From Anthoceros angustus (taxonomy: Eukaryota; Plantae; Anthocerotophyta), in the NCBI GenBank assembly GCA_010909165.1, contig VJWM01000192.1:62001-126000 (forward strand): a stretch of 64,000 nt of DNA, read 5' to 3'. Shown piece after piece: positions 9,236 through 20,800 of the stretch. Position numbers and translations under genes: made by a program. How positions within the stretch are numbered: position 1 is the first letter of the stretch; each line of letters starts with the position of its first letter. The notes under the pieces were generated by a model. It saw nothing but the letters and a program-made list of their open reading frames with translations. It had not been told where the DNA came from and did not search any database.

Positions 9236-12148
9236 ATGGCCGCAGGATGGCAACCGGATGCCTTGTGGACCCAACAAATTGTTGGCTGCACAGGGATTCT
9301 ACGAGGAGCTCCCGCTCACCTCACGTTATGGAGTCAATTGCTGGCAAACAAGCAAGCCTGGAGAAGCAGCAGTGAAAGGAGCCCAGCAGTTCAAACAAAA
9401 TGTGTGGCTGGGGAAGGAATTCTCAGCGATGCTCGTCGGCAGGAGCAGGAGCTCTTGTGGCGACATTTGTTTCTGGACCCTACAATGTGGTGGGATGTCA
9501 GGCGAGGTAAGAGGAGCTCCCGTTCGCCTGACTTTCGGCGGAAGGGGTCCGGCGAGGTCCTCTGGTTAGACAGCTTTCTTAAGCCAGCGTGGGTGGATGA
9601 GCAGCTTGTTGCTTTGGATGTGCAGATGGGGGATGTTGCATCTCCTTCCAAGTCGAGATTTTGGGATAAGGCTGAGTCTGGAAGGCCTGCTGGATCCGAG
9701 ATGGGCGTAACGGCTGACACTGTGAGCACGTTATGTGAGCAGGGAAGGCTTACTGAGGCTGTTGGAGCCCTGGAATTCCTGGTGGCGACAGACTGTCCTG
9801 TTTCTCAGTCTCTGTTTTATACTGTGCTAAAACAGTGTGCAGCTAAGAAGGATCTGGTTCTTGGGCGACAAGTGCATGATCTGTCTGTCAAGCTTGGGTA
9901 CGACTCAAATGCATTCTTGGGGAATCATATCCTGCGCATGTATGCATGTGTGGGGAGGTTACCAGAGGCCATGGATGTGTTCACCAGGGTGGGCAAGCCA
10001 AGTGTCTTCATGTGGTCTTCCATCATCTCCGCACATGCCAAGCATGGGAAACCTAATGAAGCCATACAACTTTACCATGAGATGCGAAGCTCAGGCGTGA
10101 ATGGGGATGCTCACGTCTTTGTAGCTGCGCTTCAAGCTTGTGCACTTGCTGTTGACTTGGAGTCTGGTAGAAGAGTGCACTCTCATGTGATGAACAGTGG
10201 CATTCCTCCTAACTTGTTTATTGGAAACTCCCTGGTGGATATGTATGCAAAATGCGGGGACCTGGACGAGGCATCACGGGTTTTTGACAGTTTGGGCACG
10301 AAGGATGTGGTGACATGGAATGCCCTGATTGCTGGGTATGCCAAACACGGGCTTGGTCAACAGGCGCTTCTTCTCTACGGAGAGATGGAGAAAGATTGCC
10401 TCGTTCTGGCTGACAGTGTTACTTTTGTCTGCCTTCTGAATGCCTGTGCCAGCGCTGGTGCCTTACAGCTGGGGAGGCAGCTGCACTCAGAGATTGTGGG
10501 AAGAGGACTGCTAGGAAGTGACATCCTGGTGGGGAACTGCCTGGTGGACATGTATGCAAAATGTGGCGAATTGAAAGATGCACACCAGGTCTTTAGCAGT
10601 TTGGTCAAGAAAAATGTGGTGACTTGGACTGCCCTGATGTCTGGGTATGTAAATCATGGGCTGGCTCTAGAGGCCCTTGTTCTGTACGAAGAAATGGAGC
10701 AAGAGGGCCTGATTCTGGCTAACCATGTCACCTTTGCTTGCCTTCTGAAGGCCTGTGCAAGTGCTGGTGCCTTGCAGAAGGGCAGGGAGCTGCACTCACA
10801 GATTGTGGAAAGAGGACAGCTACAAGGTGGCATTGTGGTGGGCAACTCCCTGGTGGACATGTATGCAAAATGCGGGGAACTGGAAGAGGCACGCAGGGTT
10901 TTTGACAGTTTGGCGAGAAAGGATGTGGTGACATGGACGTCCCTGATAGCTGGGTATGAACAGCAAGGGCTCTATCAAGAGGCTCTTGTTCTGTATGAGC
11001 AAATGGAGCAGGAGGGCCTGATTCTGGCTGACAGTTTTACTTTTGCTTGCCTGCTGAGGGCCTGTGCAAGCGCTGGTGCTTTGCAGAAGGGCAGGCAGCT
11101 GCACTCACAGATTGTGGAACGAGGACAGCTGCAAAGCGACATTGTGGTGGGCAACTCCCTGGTGGACATGTATGCAAAATGTGGGGAACTGGAAGAGGCA
11201 CGCAGGGTCTTTGACAGTTTGGCGAGAAAAGATGTGGTTACCTGGACAGCCCTGATAGCTGGATGTGGTACTTGTGATGAAGGTCACAAAGCACTAGCTT
11301 GCTTTGAGGAAATGTTGGATGCCGGTATTCAGCCTAACGATGTTACCTTTACTTGCCTCTTAGTAGCATGCAGTCATGCAGGACTGGTGAATGAGGGTCG
11401 CAAGCACTTTGATGCCATGGTCGAACAGCATGGCATGAAGCCTGCTACAGAGCACTACAATTGCATGGTTGATCTTCTTGGGCGTGCAGGCCATATAGAT
11501 GAGGCAGAGAAGATGCTACTATCGTGTAAGAGCCAAGACAATGTTGTGGGCTTGACGTCTTTGCTGAATGCCTGCAAAAGTCACGGGGATATAGAGAGGG
11601 CGAGGCGATGCTTTGAAAGTCTTTCCAGACTAGACCCTCATCAGGCATCAGGATACGTGCTCATGGCCAATATCTATGCAGATGCAGGCAGGTGGACAGA
11701 TGTGGACAGGATTGAAACACAGAGAATAGTAGCAAGAGCCAACAAGAGACCTGCGGTGGCGGGCATTGAGGTAAACAAGCAGATCCACACATTTGTGGTG
11801 GGAGAACACAGAGAGGATGTTTCATTTAAGGTAGAGAGCGTGAATGCACGTCTAAAAGAGGAAGGGGGTCACATACCACACACAAATTTAGTGTTGAAGC
11901 CATTGTCTGAAATGGAAAAGGAAGATATGCTTTGCGGGCATGCTGAAAAGCTAGCTCTGGCATTTGGTCTCTTGAACACCGCGAGTGGCGAACCTCTGCT
12001 GGTTACCAAGAATCTACGCATGTGCAATGACTGCCACAGTTCCACCCAGATCATGTCAAGGGTTGAGAACAGAGACATTGTTGTAAGGGATGGATATCGT
12101 GTGCATCGATTCTCAGCTGGTTCTTGCAGTTGTAAGGGTCGACCATGA
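9236..12148 (+). CDS. PPR1: PLS-class PPR RNA-editing factor with N-terminal OSB-like PDF motif and complete DYW:KP domain ending GRP (putative U-to-C editor)
   Basis: About 17 P/L/S motifs, E1/E2, KRPAVA (KP-type box), HAEKLALAFGL, LRMCNDCH, HRFSAGSCSCKGRP*. Intronless 970-aa ORF. Confidence 0.93.
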   Translation: MAAGWQPDALWTQQIVGCTGILRGAPAHLTLWSQLLANKQAWRSSSERSPAVQTKCVAGEGILSDARRQEQELLWRHLFLDPTMWWDVRRGKRSSRSPDFRRKGSGEVLWLDSFLKPAWVDEQLVALDVQMGDVASPSKSRFWDKAESGRPAGSEMGVTADTVSTLCEQGRLTEAVGALEFLVATDCPVSQSLFYTVLKQCAAKKDLVLGRQVHDLSVKLGYDSNAFLGNHILRMYACVGRLPEAMDVFTRVGKPSVFMWSSIISAHAKHGKPNEAIQLYHEMRSSGVNGDAHVFVAALQACALAVDLESGRRVHSHVMNSGIPPNLFIGNSLVDMYAKCGDLDEASRVFDSLGTKDVVTWNALIAGYAKHGLGQQALLLYGEMEKDCLVLADSVTFVCLLNACASAGALQLGRQLHSEIVGRGLLGSDILVGNCLVDMYAKCGELKDAHQVFSSLVKKNVVTWTALMSGYVNHGLALEALVLYEEMEQEGLILANHVTFACLLKACASAGALQKGRELHSQIVERGQLQGGIVVGNSLVDMYAKCGELEEARRVFDSLARKDVVTWTSLIAGYEQQGLYQEALVLYEQMEQEGLILADSFTFACLLRACASAGALQKGRQLHSQIVERGQLQSDIVVGNSLVDMYAKCGELEEARRVFDSLARKDVVTWTALIAGCGTCDEGHKALACFEEMLDAGIQPNDVTFTCLLVACSHAGLVNEGRKHFDAMVEQHGMKPATEHYNCMVDLLGRAGHIDEAEKMLLSCKSQDNVVGLTSLLNACKSHGDIERARRCFESLSRLDPHQASGYVLMANIYADAGRWTDVDRIETQRIVARANKRPAVAGIEVNKQIHTFVVGEHREDVSFKVESVNARLKEEGGHIPHTNLVLKPLSEMEKEDMLCGHAEKLALAFGLLNTASGEPLLVTKNLRMCNDCHSSTQIMSRVENRDIVVRDGYRVHRFSAGSCSCKGRP

Positions 12149-12546
12149 TAACGAAGAAAATCCAAGAAGCACTGTCGACTGTTGCTGTATTTCGGTCCGG
12201 GGGACTCTCTGATTTGCATGTGATATGTAACCGTATTTTTTGCATGGCATGGCGAATTATCAACAACCCACAACACTGATGACGATAAAGCAATGAACCT
12301 GACCTCGAGAAAGCATTGCAATGCGCCAACCACATGATTCACAATTTCGTTAACTGCACACCACATTCCTCTGATCAAATCACACAGTTTATCAAGCCCA
12401 TTTCTGCGAATAGGTCACTTTTAATATGGCGTTCCCTCTGTTGAGCTTGAGGCTCGAAATCGGGAGCTGAAGGCCTGCCCGAAGTCCAGAGCTCGAAGCT
12501 TGCCCCAAATCTAGAGTTTGAAGTTGGCCCAAAATGCAAAGCGCAG

Positions 12547-12655
12547 CGCTTTATCAATCTTCGCCAGTGCTAGCGTTTTACCAATCTTCGCCAGTGCTAG
12601 CGTTTTACCAATCTTCGCCAGTGCTAGCGTTTTATCCATCTGCGCCAGTTCTAGT
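12547..12655. repeat. 27-bp tandem repeat x about 4
   Basis: caatcttcgccagtgctagcgttttac starts at 12555, 12582 and 12609, plus a degenerate copy. Confidence 0.9.
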
Positions 12656-13104
12656 CTTATTAAGAGAACGGAGACAAATGCCGCTGGCAATCGACCAGGT
12701 CTACTCAAGTGACTTCGATGTACTGCTACCTCCTTTTATCCTTCCCAAATTGTCGTCCTCTAGGGTTTAGAAACAATAGGAAAAGAAAGGATTTGGACGG
12801 AGAAAAAGGCGTCACCAGAGCAGACTCGCGAGAGAGTTCGGTCTAGCACGAGGGAATTAGATAATCTGATTTCAGTGTTTCAAGAAGAAAGTGGAACCTG
12901 AAACACGATAGGAGACATCGCAAACCCACGCCGTAAAAGATGGCAAACCTGAGGTGGACTGTATCGGGAAACTTACTCTTACATCTTAAGTTTGTCACAC
13001 TGGCTGATACAACAGCTCCTTACCTGAAAGACACTCATCCGTCGGACACGGCCGGTTGAGGGCTATTGCGATCGCAAGTTTTTTTCGGATAGACTGGTGT
13101 AATT

Positions 13105-13480
13105 GTGACACCCGATCCGGTGTCCTGCAGCTATTCGTCATCAAAGATGCTGGGAGGGACATCTTCCATGTAACAAAGCGCAGAGTCACTGTAGCACCCT
13201 CGTAGAGACGTCTTCACATGATTTGTGAGGAGCCCGGATATTCCAGGTGCATTGCACACAAGAGAGCAGCCACGCTCAAAACTAGGGACTAGAAGACTTG
13301 TCTGTGGCACAGAAGCATGGAGCTGGTCGATGTCCGGCAGCTATACACATCAAAGATGTTGAGAGAGCATCTTCCATGCAACAAAGCGCAGACTCAATTT
13401 GGCACCGTCGTAGAGGCATCTTCTCAATGATGTGTAGAGAGCCCGGATATGCCAGGTGCATGCAGACAGAACAGATAGCA
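13105..13480. repeat. Diverged tandem duplication, about 210-bp unit x2
   Basis: catcaaagatg...catcttccatg.aacaaagcgcaga...cgtagag...gagcccggatat.ccaggtgcat occurs at about 13140-13255 and 13345-13460. Confidence 0.75.
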
Positions 13481-13752
13481 CAGACATTTACAACCATCGA
13501 CACCAGATCACGACGACGCAACCGCCACTGCGCTAAACGCCGCGGCGTTCGACGTCGCAAAGGTTGCAACTCCGCGCAGGCAGACGACTGAGCCTTGAAG
13601 CCCTAAATTGAACTATATATATGGACGGTCAGTAGGTTTCAAGTCTCCAGAATGAACACGAAAAAGACGCCCTGTCCGCGTTCCACCAGGAAACTCATCT
13701 AACCAAGGTGTACATACCTAGGTATCATCTTTCATATTTTGGTAAACCATGA

Positions 13753-16700
13753 CTAAAAAACTGATGGACAATTGTGACGATCGACGGGGACTCTCAGACC
13801 TTTTGCAGTAATTTGGGGGGTACACTTAGCCATGTTAAACAGCATATTTCCGATAACCAGCTTCTCGCTGTGCTCACAATAAGTTTCCTTTCTACTACAA
13901 GATACCTCTCCTGGTGATGATTCAAGATGAGACACATATCCGTCTTTCTTCATTTTGGCAAATCTCTGCTGTAGCCTCGCTTGACTGTGGGGATGCTTGT
14001 CCTCCCCAACCAAAAAGCTGTGGACCAGTCCGTCATCGTCCGTCCACCAGCTCTGACCTGGGTTCTTCCAGGCTCTGATCCTCTTTCTCCTTGACTGTAT
14101 CTTCTCTGCCTGTGTCCACATCTGGGCACTGATGTAAAGGTTCGACATCAACAAATATGCTGCACCATCCTGCTTGTCTAGCTTCACTGCTTCATTGAAA
14201 GCATGGCGTCCCACCTCGACATTGCTCCAAATTCTACAAGCACCCAACAGAGTTTGCCAAACCGCAGAACTAGGAAGTACAGGCATAGTGCTTATAAAGA
14301 CCAATGCCTCATCCAGTTGCCCTGCACGGCCCAGAAGATCCACCATGCATGTGCAGTGGTTCTCTGTGGGAGTTACGCCGTAGTGTCTGCTCATAGCTTC
14401 AAAGTACTTCCGCCCCTCGTTCACTAGACCTGCATAACTGCACACTATTAATATGCTAAGGAATGTGATGCTGTTCGGCTGTATGCAATCCTCTTTCATT
14501 CTACGGACCAAGTCGAACACTGCTTCACTGTCTCCTTGACAAGTATAGCCTGCAAGCAGTACATTCCAGAGAACAACATCTCTTTCTGGCAATGCATCAA
14601 AGACCTGTTGTGCATCAACCATGCTCCCGCACTTCCCATACATGTTAATCAAACTGCCGGCTACAATCAAATCAGCTTGCAGCCCTTGTTCTACAATCTG
14701 TGCATGTAGCTGCCTTCCCAGATGCAAACCTGCCACATTTGCACATGCCTGTAGGAGGCACGTGAATGTTACAGAATCAGGGATGGGCATGCCTTCTTCT
14801 TGCATAGCTCTGTAAAGATGCAGGGCTTCCTGACCCATACCCTGCTGGGAATACCCTGCTATCATGGCATTCCACGCCACAACACTTTTTTGGCCAAGTC
14901 TGTCAAACACACTCTGAGCATCTTGCAAACTGCCACACTTTGCATACATGTTCACCAAACTGCTGGCTATAAAGGCATCAGTTTGATATCCTCGGTCTTT
15001 GATTTCCAAATGAAGCTGCTTCCCGTTCTCCAAGGCCAGGGTACCCACACTTGCACATGCCTGCAGGAGGCACACAAACGTCATGGAATCTGGTCCAACC
15101 ATGCCTTCTCCTTGCATTGCAGCGTAGAGACAAAGGGCTTCCTTCCCCATCCCTTGCTGGGAGTACCCTGCTATCATGGCATTCCACACCGCCACATCCT
15201 TTTGACCAAGTCTGTCAAATACTCCCTGCGCATCTTCCAAGCTGCCACATTTTACAAACATATTTACCAGACTGTTGGCTAAAAACACGTCAGCTTCATA
15301 TCCTTGTTTTCTGATTTGAGCATGAAGATGCTTCCCCTTCTCCAGCGCACGGATGCCCACACTGGCACATCCCTGCAGGAGACATCCAAATGTCACGGAA
15401 TTGGGTGAGGCCATGCCTTCAAACACTCTCTGAGCATCTTCCAAGCTGCCACACTTTGCATACATGTTCACCAAACTATTCGCCACAACCACATTAAGTT
15501 GATGTCCTTCTTCTATGATTTGTGCATGAAGCTGCTTTGCCATCTGCAATGCTGGTGCGCCCACACTTGCACACGCCTGCAGGAGGCACACAAATGTCAC
15601 AGAATCTGGTATAGCCATACCTTCCTCTTGCATAGCACTGTACAGGCAAAGAGCTTCTTGCCCCATTCCCCGCTGCGAATACCCTGCTATCATGGCAGTC
15701 CAGGTCACAACATCCTTCTGACCAAGCCCAGCAAACACTCTCTGGGCGTCTTCCACACTGCCACACTTTGCATACATGTTCACCAGACTATTCCGTACAA
15801 ACTCATCAGCTAAATGTCCTCCGTGTTCAATTTGGTCATGAAGGTCCTTCCCTGTCTTCAGCGCTGTGGTGCCCACACAAGCACATGCCTGCAGGAGGCA
15901 CACGAATGTCAGAGAATCAGGTACAGCCATGCCTTCTTCTTGCATGGCACCGTAGAGGTGAAGTGCTTCCTGTCCCATACCCTGCTGGGAATACCCTGCT
16001 ATCATGGCAGTCCATGTCACGACATCCTTTTGCCCAAGTCCATCGAACACTCTCTGAGCATCTTCCAAGCTGCCACACTTGGCATACATGTTCACCAAAC
16101 TGTTGGCTACAAACACATCAGCTTCAAGTCCTCTTCCTATGATTTGCCCATGAAGCTCCTTCCCCTTCTCCAACGCCAGGGTGCCAACACTAGCACATGC
16201 CTGCAGGAGGGAAATGAATGTCACCGAATTGGGTAGAGCCATGCCTTCTTCTTGCATAGCACTGTATAGACGAAGGGCTTCCAGGTACATACCCCGCTGG
16301 GAATACCCTGCTATTATTACAGTCCAGGTAACCACATCCTTCTGACCAAGTCCATCAAACACTCTCTGAGCGTCCTCCAAGCTGCCACACTTGGCATACA
16401 TGTTCACCAGACTGTTGGCCACAAACACATCGCCTTCATGTCCTCTTTCCCTGACCTGCACATGAACCTGCCTCCCCTGCTCCAGAGCTAGGGTGCCTAC
16501 ACTCGCACAAGCCTGCAGGAGGCACACAAATGTCATGCAATTAGGTACAGCCATGCCTTCATCTTGCATAGCTCTGTACAGATCCAGGGCTTTCTGCCCC
16601 ATACCTTGCTGAGAATATCCTGCTATCATAGCAGTCCATGTCACCACATTCTTCTGATCCAGGCCGTCAAACACTCTTTGAGCGTCCCCCAAGCTGCCAC

Positions 16701-17751
16701 ACTTTGAATACATGTTCACCAAACTATTACAGACATGCAAATCCGGCTCAACGCCAATGGCTAACAAATCAGCATGCACCTGCTGCCCAGATTTCAGATC
16801 GGATCCCCTTGCACAAGCCTGAAGAGCTGCCACAAACACATGGCCATCTGGGTTTGCACTCGACCTCCGCATCCGATGATACAGCTCTATGGCCTGCTTG
16901 TCCTCTCCATGTTTAACATGCGCAGAAATCATAGAAGACCACATGAACGCATCCGGTTCAACAACACCATCAAACACCTCCATCGCTTCTTTCAGCCTGC
17001 CATGAAAAGAATACATCCGTAATATGTGATTGCACAGGAAAGTGTCCGCCTGGTACCCTTTTCTCACCGCCAAAGCATGAACACGGCTGCCCAAAACAAG
17101 ATCCTTCTTCAGCACACATCTCTTCAGCAGAGCATAAAATACAAATCTGGAAATACAAGTACCCGTCTGCACTAGAACTTCCAAAGCTTCAACAGCCTGA
17201 GCGAGATGGCCCTCATTACACAACTTGCTCACAGTTTCAGGTGTCACGCCCCGATCGTCGCCTGCAGGCCTGCAACGCCCAGGACTATCCGGCAAGCTCC
17301 TGTCGGACCCACAACGACTCATCCCCAGGTCCAGAGCAGCCAGCTGCGCATCCACCCAACCTGGCTTGTAGAAGTTGTCTAACCAGAGAACCTGTTGGGA
17401 CTGCTTGTGTCGGAAGTCAGGGGAGCTATGGCTTTTCTTATTTTGCCTGTGATCCCACCAAAGTGAGGGGTTACCAAAGAATTGCCGCCACAAATTCTCC
17501 TGGCGACCACGTTCCCAGGATCTGTCCCCAGTGACAGATTCTCTTCCACCGGCTTCATTTCTTGTAAGGGTGCCACTGATGCACCTCTCGCATTGTGTCC
17601 CGGTAGAGTGCTGTTTCTTTAATGTCAGATGAGCAGGAGCTCCTCCTGCAAAACCCGTCAGCCCACCACATGGTTGGGTCCACGAACACAGTCCCCACAA
17701 TGAATCTCCTTGCCCTTTTCTTGACCCAATATCAACGCTCAGGACAGCCAT
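13753..17751 (-). CDS. PPR2: long PLS-class PPR protein (about 28 motifs) with N-terminal PDF motif and degenerate, truncated DYW:WW domain
   Basis: 1332-aa ORF. WKNPGQSWWTDDDGLVHSF (WW-type PG box), CEHSEKLV retained, CxxC replaced by LRVPVDRH, premature stop. Confidence 0.92.
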   Translation of the reverse strand: MAVLSVDIGSRKGQGDSLWGLCSWTQPCGGLTGFAGGAPAHLTLKKQHSTGTQCERCISGTLTRNEAGGRESVTGDRSWERGRQENLWRQFFGNPSLWWDHRQNKKSHSSPDFRHKQSQQVLWLDNFYKPGWVDAQLAALDLGMSRCGSDRSLPDSPGRCRPAGDDRGVTPETVSKLCNEGHLAQAVEALEVLVQTGTCISRFVFYALLKRCVLKKDLVLGSRVHALAVRKGYQADTFLCNHILRMYSFHGRLKEAMEVFDGVVEPDAFMWSSMISAHVKHGEDKQAIELYHRMRRSSANPDGHVFVAALQACARGSDLKSGQQVHADLLAIGVEPDLHVCNSLVNMYSKCGSLGDAQRVFDGLDQKNVVTWTAMIAGYSQQGMGQKALDLYRAMQDEGMAVPNCMTFVCLLQACASVGTLALEQGRQVHVQVRERGHEGDVFVANSLVNMYAKCGSLEDAQRVFDGLGQKDVVTWTVIIAGYSQRGMYLEALRLYSAMQEEGMALPNSVTFISLLQACASVGTLALEKGKELHGQIIGRGLEADVFVANSLVNMYAKCGSLEDAQRVFDGLGQKDVVTWTAMIAGYSQQGMGQEALHLYGAMQEEGMAVPDSLTFVCLLQACACVGTTALKTGKDLHDQIEHGGHLADEFVRNSLVNMYAKCGSVEDAQRVFAGLGQKDVVTWTAMIAGYSQRGMGQEALCLYSAMQEEGMAIPDSVTFVCLLQACASVGAPALQMAKQLHAQIIEEGHQLNVVVANSLVNMYAKCGSLEDAQRVFEGMASPNSVTFGCLLQGCASVGIRALEKGKHLHAQIRKQGYEADVFLANSLVNMFVKCGSLEDAQGVFDRLGQKDVAVWNAMIAGYSQQGMGKEALCLYAAMQGEGMVGPDSMTFVCLLQACASVGTLALENGKQLHLEIKDRGYQTDAFIASSLVNMYAKCGSLQDAQSVFDRLGQKSVVAWNAMIAGYSQQGMGQEALHLYRAMQEEGMPIPDSVTFTCLLQACANVAGLHLGRQLHAQIVEQGLQADLIVAGSLINMYGKCGSMVDAQQVFDALPERDVVLWNVLLAGYTCQGDSEAVFDLVRRMKEDCIQPNSITFLSILIVCSYAGLVNEGRKYFEAMSRHYGVTPTENHCTCMVDLLGRAGQLDEALVFISTMPVLPSSAVWQTLLGACRIWSNVEVGRHAFNEAVKLDKQDGAAYLLMSNLYISAQMWTQAEKIQSRRKRIRAWKNPGQSWWTDDDGLVHSFLVGEDKHPHSQARLQQRFAKMKKDGYVSHLESSPGEVSCSRKETYCEHSEKLVIGNMLFNMAKCTPQITAKGLRVPVDRHNCPSVF

Positions 17752-17875
17752 CGCTCGTCATCAAAACTCACAGATCCGCCCCAACCGTGTATGGACTCTG
17801 TGATACATTCCATAAAACCTTTCTCTGTAACTGGTCCGTAGTCTCTCCTCTGTAGGCTCCCTCTTCCTGCAAGCA

Positions 17876-20800
17876 ATGAAAGTCGGGAGCTTTGCAATTG
17901 AGTCACGCACAGGTCAAGGGGACCCGTTGTTGGGACAGTTCTCGTGGACCCAGGGAAATGGTAATTCAGGAATTGCAGGAAGAGCCTCTTGGGGCCAGAC
18001 TTCGAGGAACCAACCGTCGGCACAGAACCAATGCGGGAGGTCCAGTACCTTGTCAAGGAAGCCAGCCCGTCCAAGAGGATGTCTGGCTGGCGGCAGGTGC
18101 TCCAGTGAGGAGAAATTGAGGCGACAACATTCTCTGGATTCCACGCTTAACAGGCAGAATAAGAAGAGCCGTCGTTCTCCTGACTCCCAGAGCCACCAGA
18201 CACCAGAGGTCCTCCGGTTAAACAATCTGCAGAAGCCAGCTTGGGTGGATGCACACATTGCTGTTCTGGACAGTGTGATGGGTCGTGGTGCCTCTGACAG
18301 GAGCTTACAGGATGATCCTGGCCCTCGCAGGCCTGCAGGTGACGATAGGGTCGTGACGGCTGAAACCGTGAGCAGGTTATGTGATGCGGGCCTTCTCACT
18401 GAAGCTGTCGAGGCTCTGGACGTTCTGGTGCACACAGACCGTTGTATTTCCAAATCTCTCTTTTACACAGTCCTGAAGAAATGTGTAGCGAAGAAGGATG
18501 TCGTTTTGGGGAGCCGTGTTCATGCTTTCGTGGTGAGAAAAGGGTACCAGGCAGATACGTTCCTGTGCAATCACATCCTACGGATGTATGCTTCTCATAA
18601 CAGGTTGCAAGACGCGATAGAGGTGTTTGATGTTGTTCGTGAACCGGATGCGTTCATGTGGTCTTCTATAATTTCTGCGCATGTTAGACATGGAGAGGAC
18701 AAGCAGGCCTTAGAGCTGTATCATCGCATGCGTAGGTCCAGGGTGAAGCCAGATGGTCATGTGTTTGTGGCAGCTCTTCAGGCTTGTGCAAGGGGATCAG
18801 ACTTGAAATCTGGGCAGCAGGTGCATGCTGATGTCGTGTCCAGTGGGGTTCAGCCTCATATGTTTGTCTGGAACTGCTTGGTAAACATGTATGCAAAGTG
18901 TGGTAGCTTGAAAGAGGCTCAAAAAGTGTTTGACGGACTGTGTCAGAAAGATGTGGTGACATGGACTACAATGATAGCTGGATATTCTCAGAAGGATATG
19001 GGGCGGGAAGCCCTCACTCTCTACAGTGCTATGCAAGAGGAAGGCTTGACTGTACCAAATTCCATCACATTTGTGTCGCTCCTGCAGGCGTGCGCAAGTG
19101 TGGGCACCCTGGCGTTGGAGACGGGGAAGCAGCTTCATGCGCAACTTCGAGTAGCAGGACATGAAGCTGATGTGGCTGTGGCCAACAGCTTAGTCAACAT
19201 GTATGCTAAGTGTGGCAGCTTGGAGGACGCTCATAGAGTCTTTGTTGGACTTGGGCAAAAGGATGTGGTGACGTGGACCACAATGATAGCAGGATATTCC
19301 CAGCAGGGCATGGGCCAGGAGGCCCTCTGTCTCTACAGTGCTATGCAAGAAGAAGGAATGTCTGTACCCAATTCTGTAACATTTGTTTGCCTCCTGCAGG
19401 CATGTGCAAGTGTGGGAAACTTGGCGTTGGAGAACGGGAAGCAGCTTCATGCACAAATCAGTGAAGGAGGACATGAAGCTGATATGTTTGTAGCCAACAG
19501 TTTGGTGAACATGTATGCAAAGTGTGGGAGCTTGGAAGATGCTCAGGGGGTGTTTGATGGACTTGGTCAAAAAGATGTGGTCACATGGACTGCACTGATA
19601 GCAGGGTACTCCCAGCAGGCCATGGGCCCTAAAGCCCTTCATCTTTACACTGCTATGCAAGAAGAAGGCATGGCTGTACCCAATTCTGTGACATTTTTGT
19701 GTCTCCTGCAGGCATGTGCAAGTGTTGGCACCCTGGCTCTGGAGAAGGGTAAGCAGCTTCATGCCCAAATCAGAAGAGGAGGATACCAGGCTGATGTGTT
19801 TGTATGCAACAGCTTGGTGAACATGTATGCAAAGTGTGGCAGTCTGGAAGACGCTCAGAGAGTGTTTGATGGACTTAGGCAAAAGGATGTTGTGACATGG
19901 ACTGCTATGATTGCGGGATATGCCCAGCAGGGTATGGGGGTTGAAGCCCTTAGTCTCTACAGTGCTATGCAAGAGGATGGGGTGGCTATACCCGATTCGG
20001 TGACCTTCGTGTGCCTCCTGCAGGCCTGTGCAAGTGTGGGCAGCTCGGCATTGGAGAAGGGGCAGCAGCTTCATGCTCAGCTCAAAGAAGGAGGCCATCA
20101 AGCTGACGTGGTCGTAGCCAACAGTCTGGTGAACATGTATGCAAAGTGCGGCAGCCTGGAGGATGCTCAATGTGTGTTTGATGGACTTAATCAAAAAGAT
20201 GTGGTAACGTGGACTGTGATGATAGGAGGATATTCCCAGCAGGGCAGGGGGTTGGAAGCCCTAAGTCTCTACAGTGCTATGCAAGAAGATGGCATGGCTG
20301 CACCCGATTCTGTGACATTTGTGTCCCTCTTGCAGGCATGTGCATGTGCGGGATCCCCAGCATTGGAGAAGGGGAAACAGCTTCATTTGGAAATCAAACA
20401 ACGCGGACATCAAGCTGATGGGTTTATAGCAAACAGTTTGGTAAACATGTATGCAAAGTGTGGTAGCCTGGAGGACGCTCAGAGAGTGTTTGACGGAATT
20501 GGTCAAAAGGATGTGGTGGCCTGGACTGCGATGATTGCAGGATATTCCCAGCAGGGCAGGGCCCAGGAAGCCCTTCTTCTCTACAGTGCTATGGAAGAGG
20601 AAGGGGTGGCTATACCAGATTCTGTTACTTTTGTATACCTCCTCCAGGCATGTGCAGGCATGGGCACCTCAGCGTTAGAGAAGGGGAAACAACTTCATGT
20701 GCAAATAAGGGAACGAGGATTTCAAGCTCATGCGTTGGTAGCCAACAGTTTGGTCAACATGTATGCAAAGTGTGGCAGTTTTGAAGATGCACAGAGAGTG

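Noticed and set aside
12511-12770. Short ORFs with 9-aa repeats (TLALAKIGK)
   Set aside because: Produced by the 27-bp tandem repeat being open in several frames; no evidence of coding.
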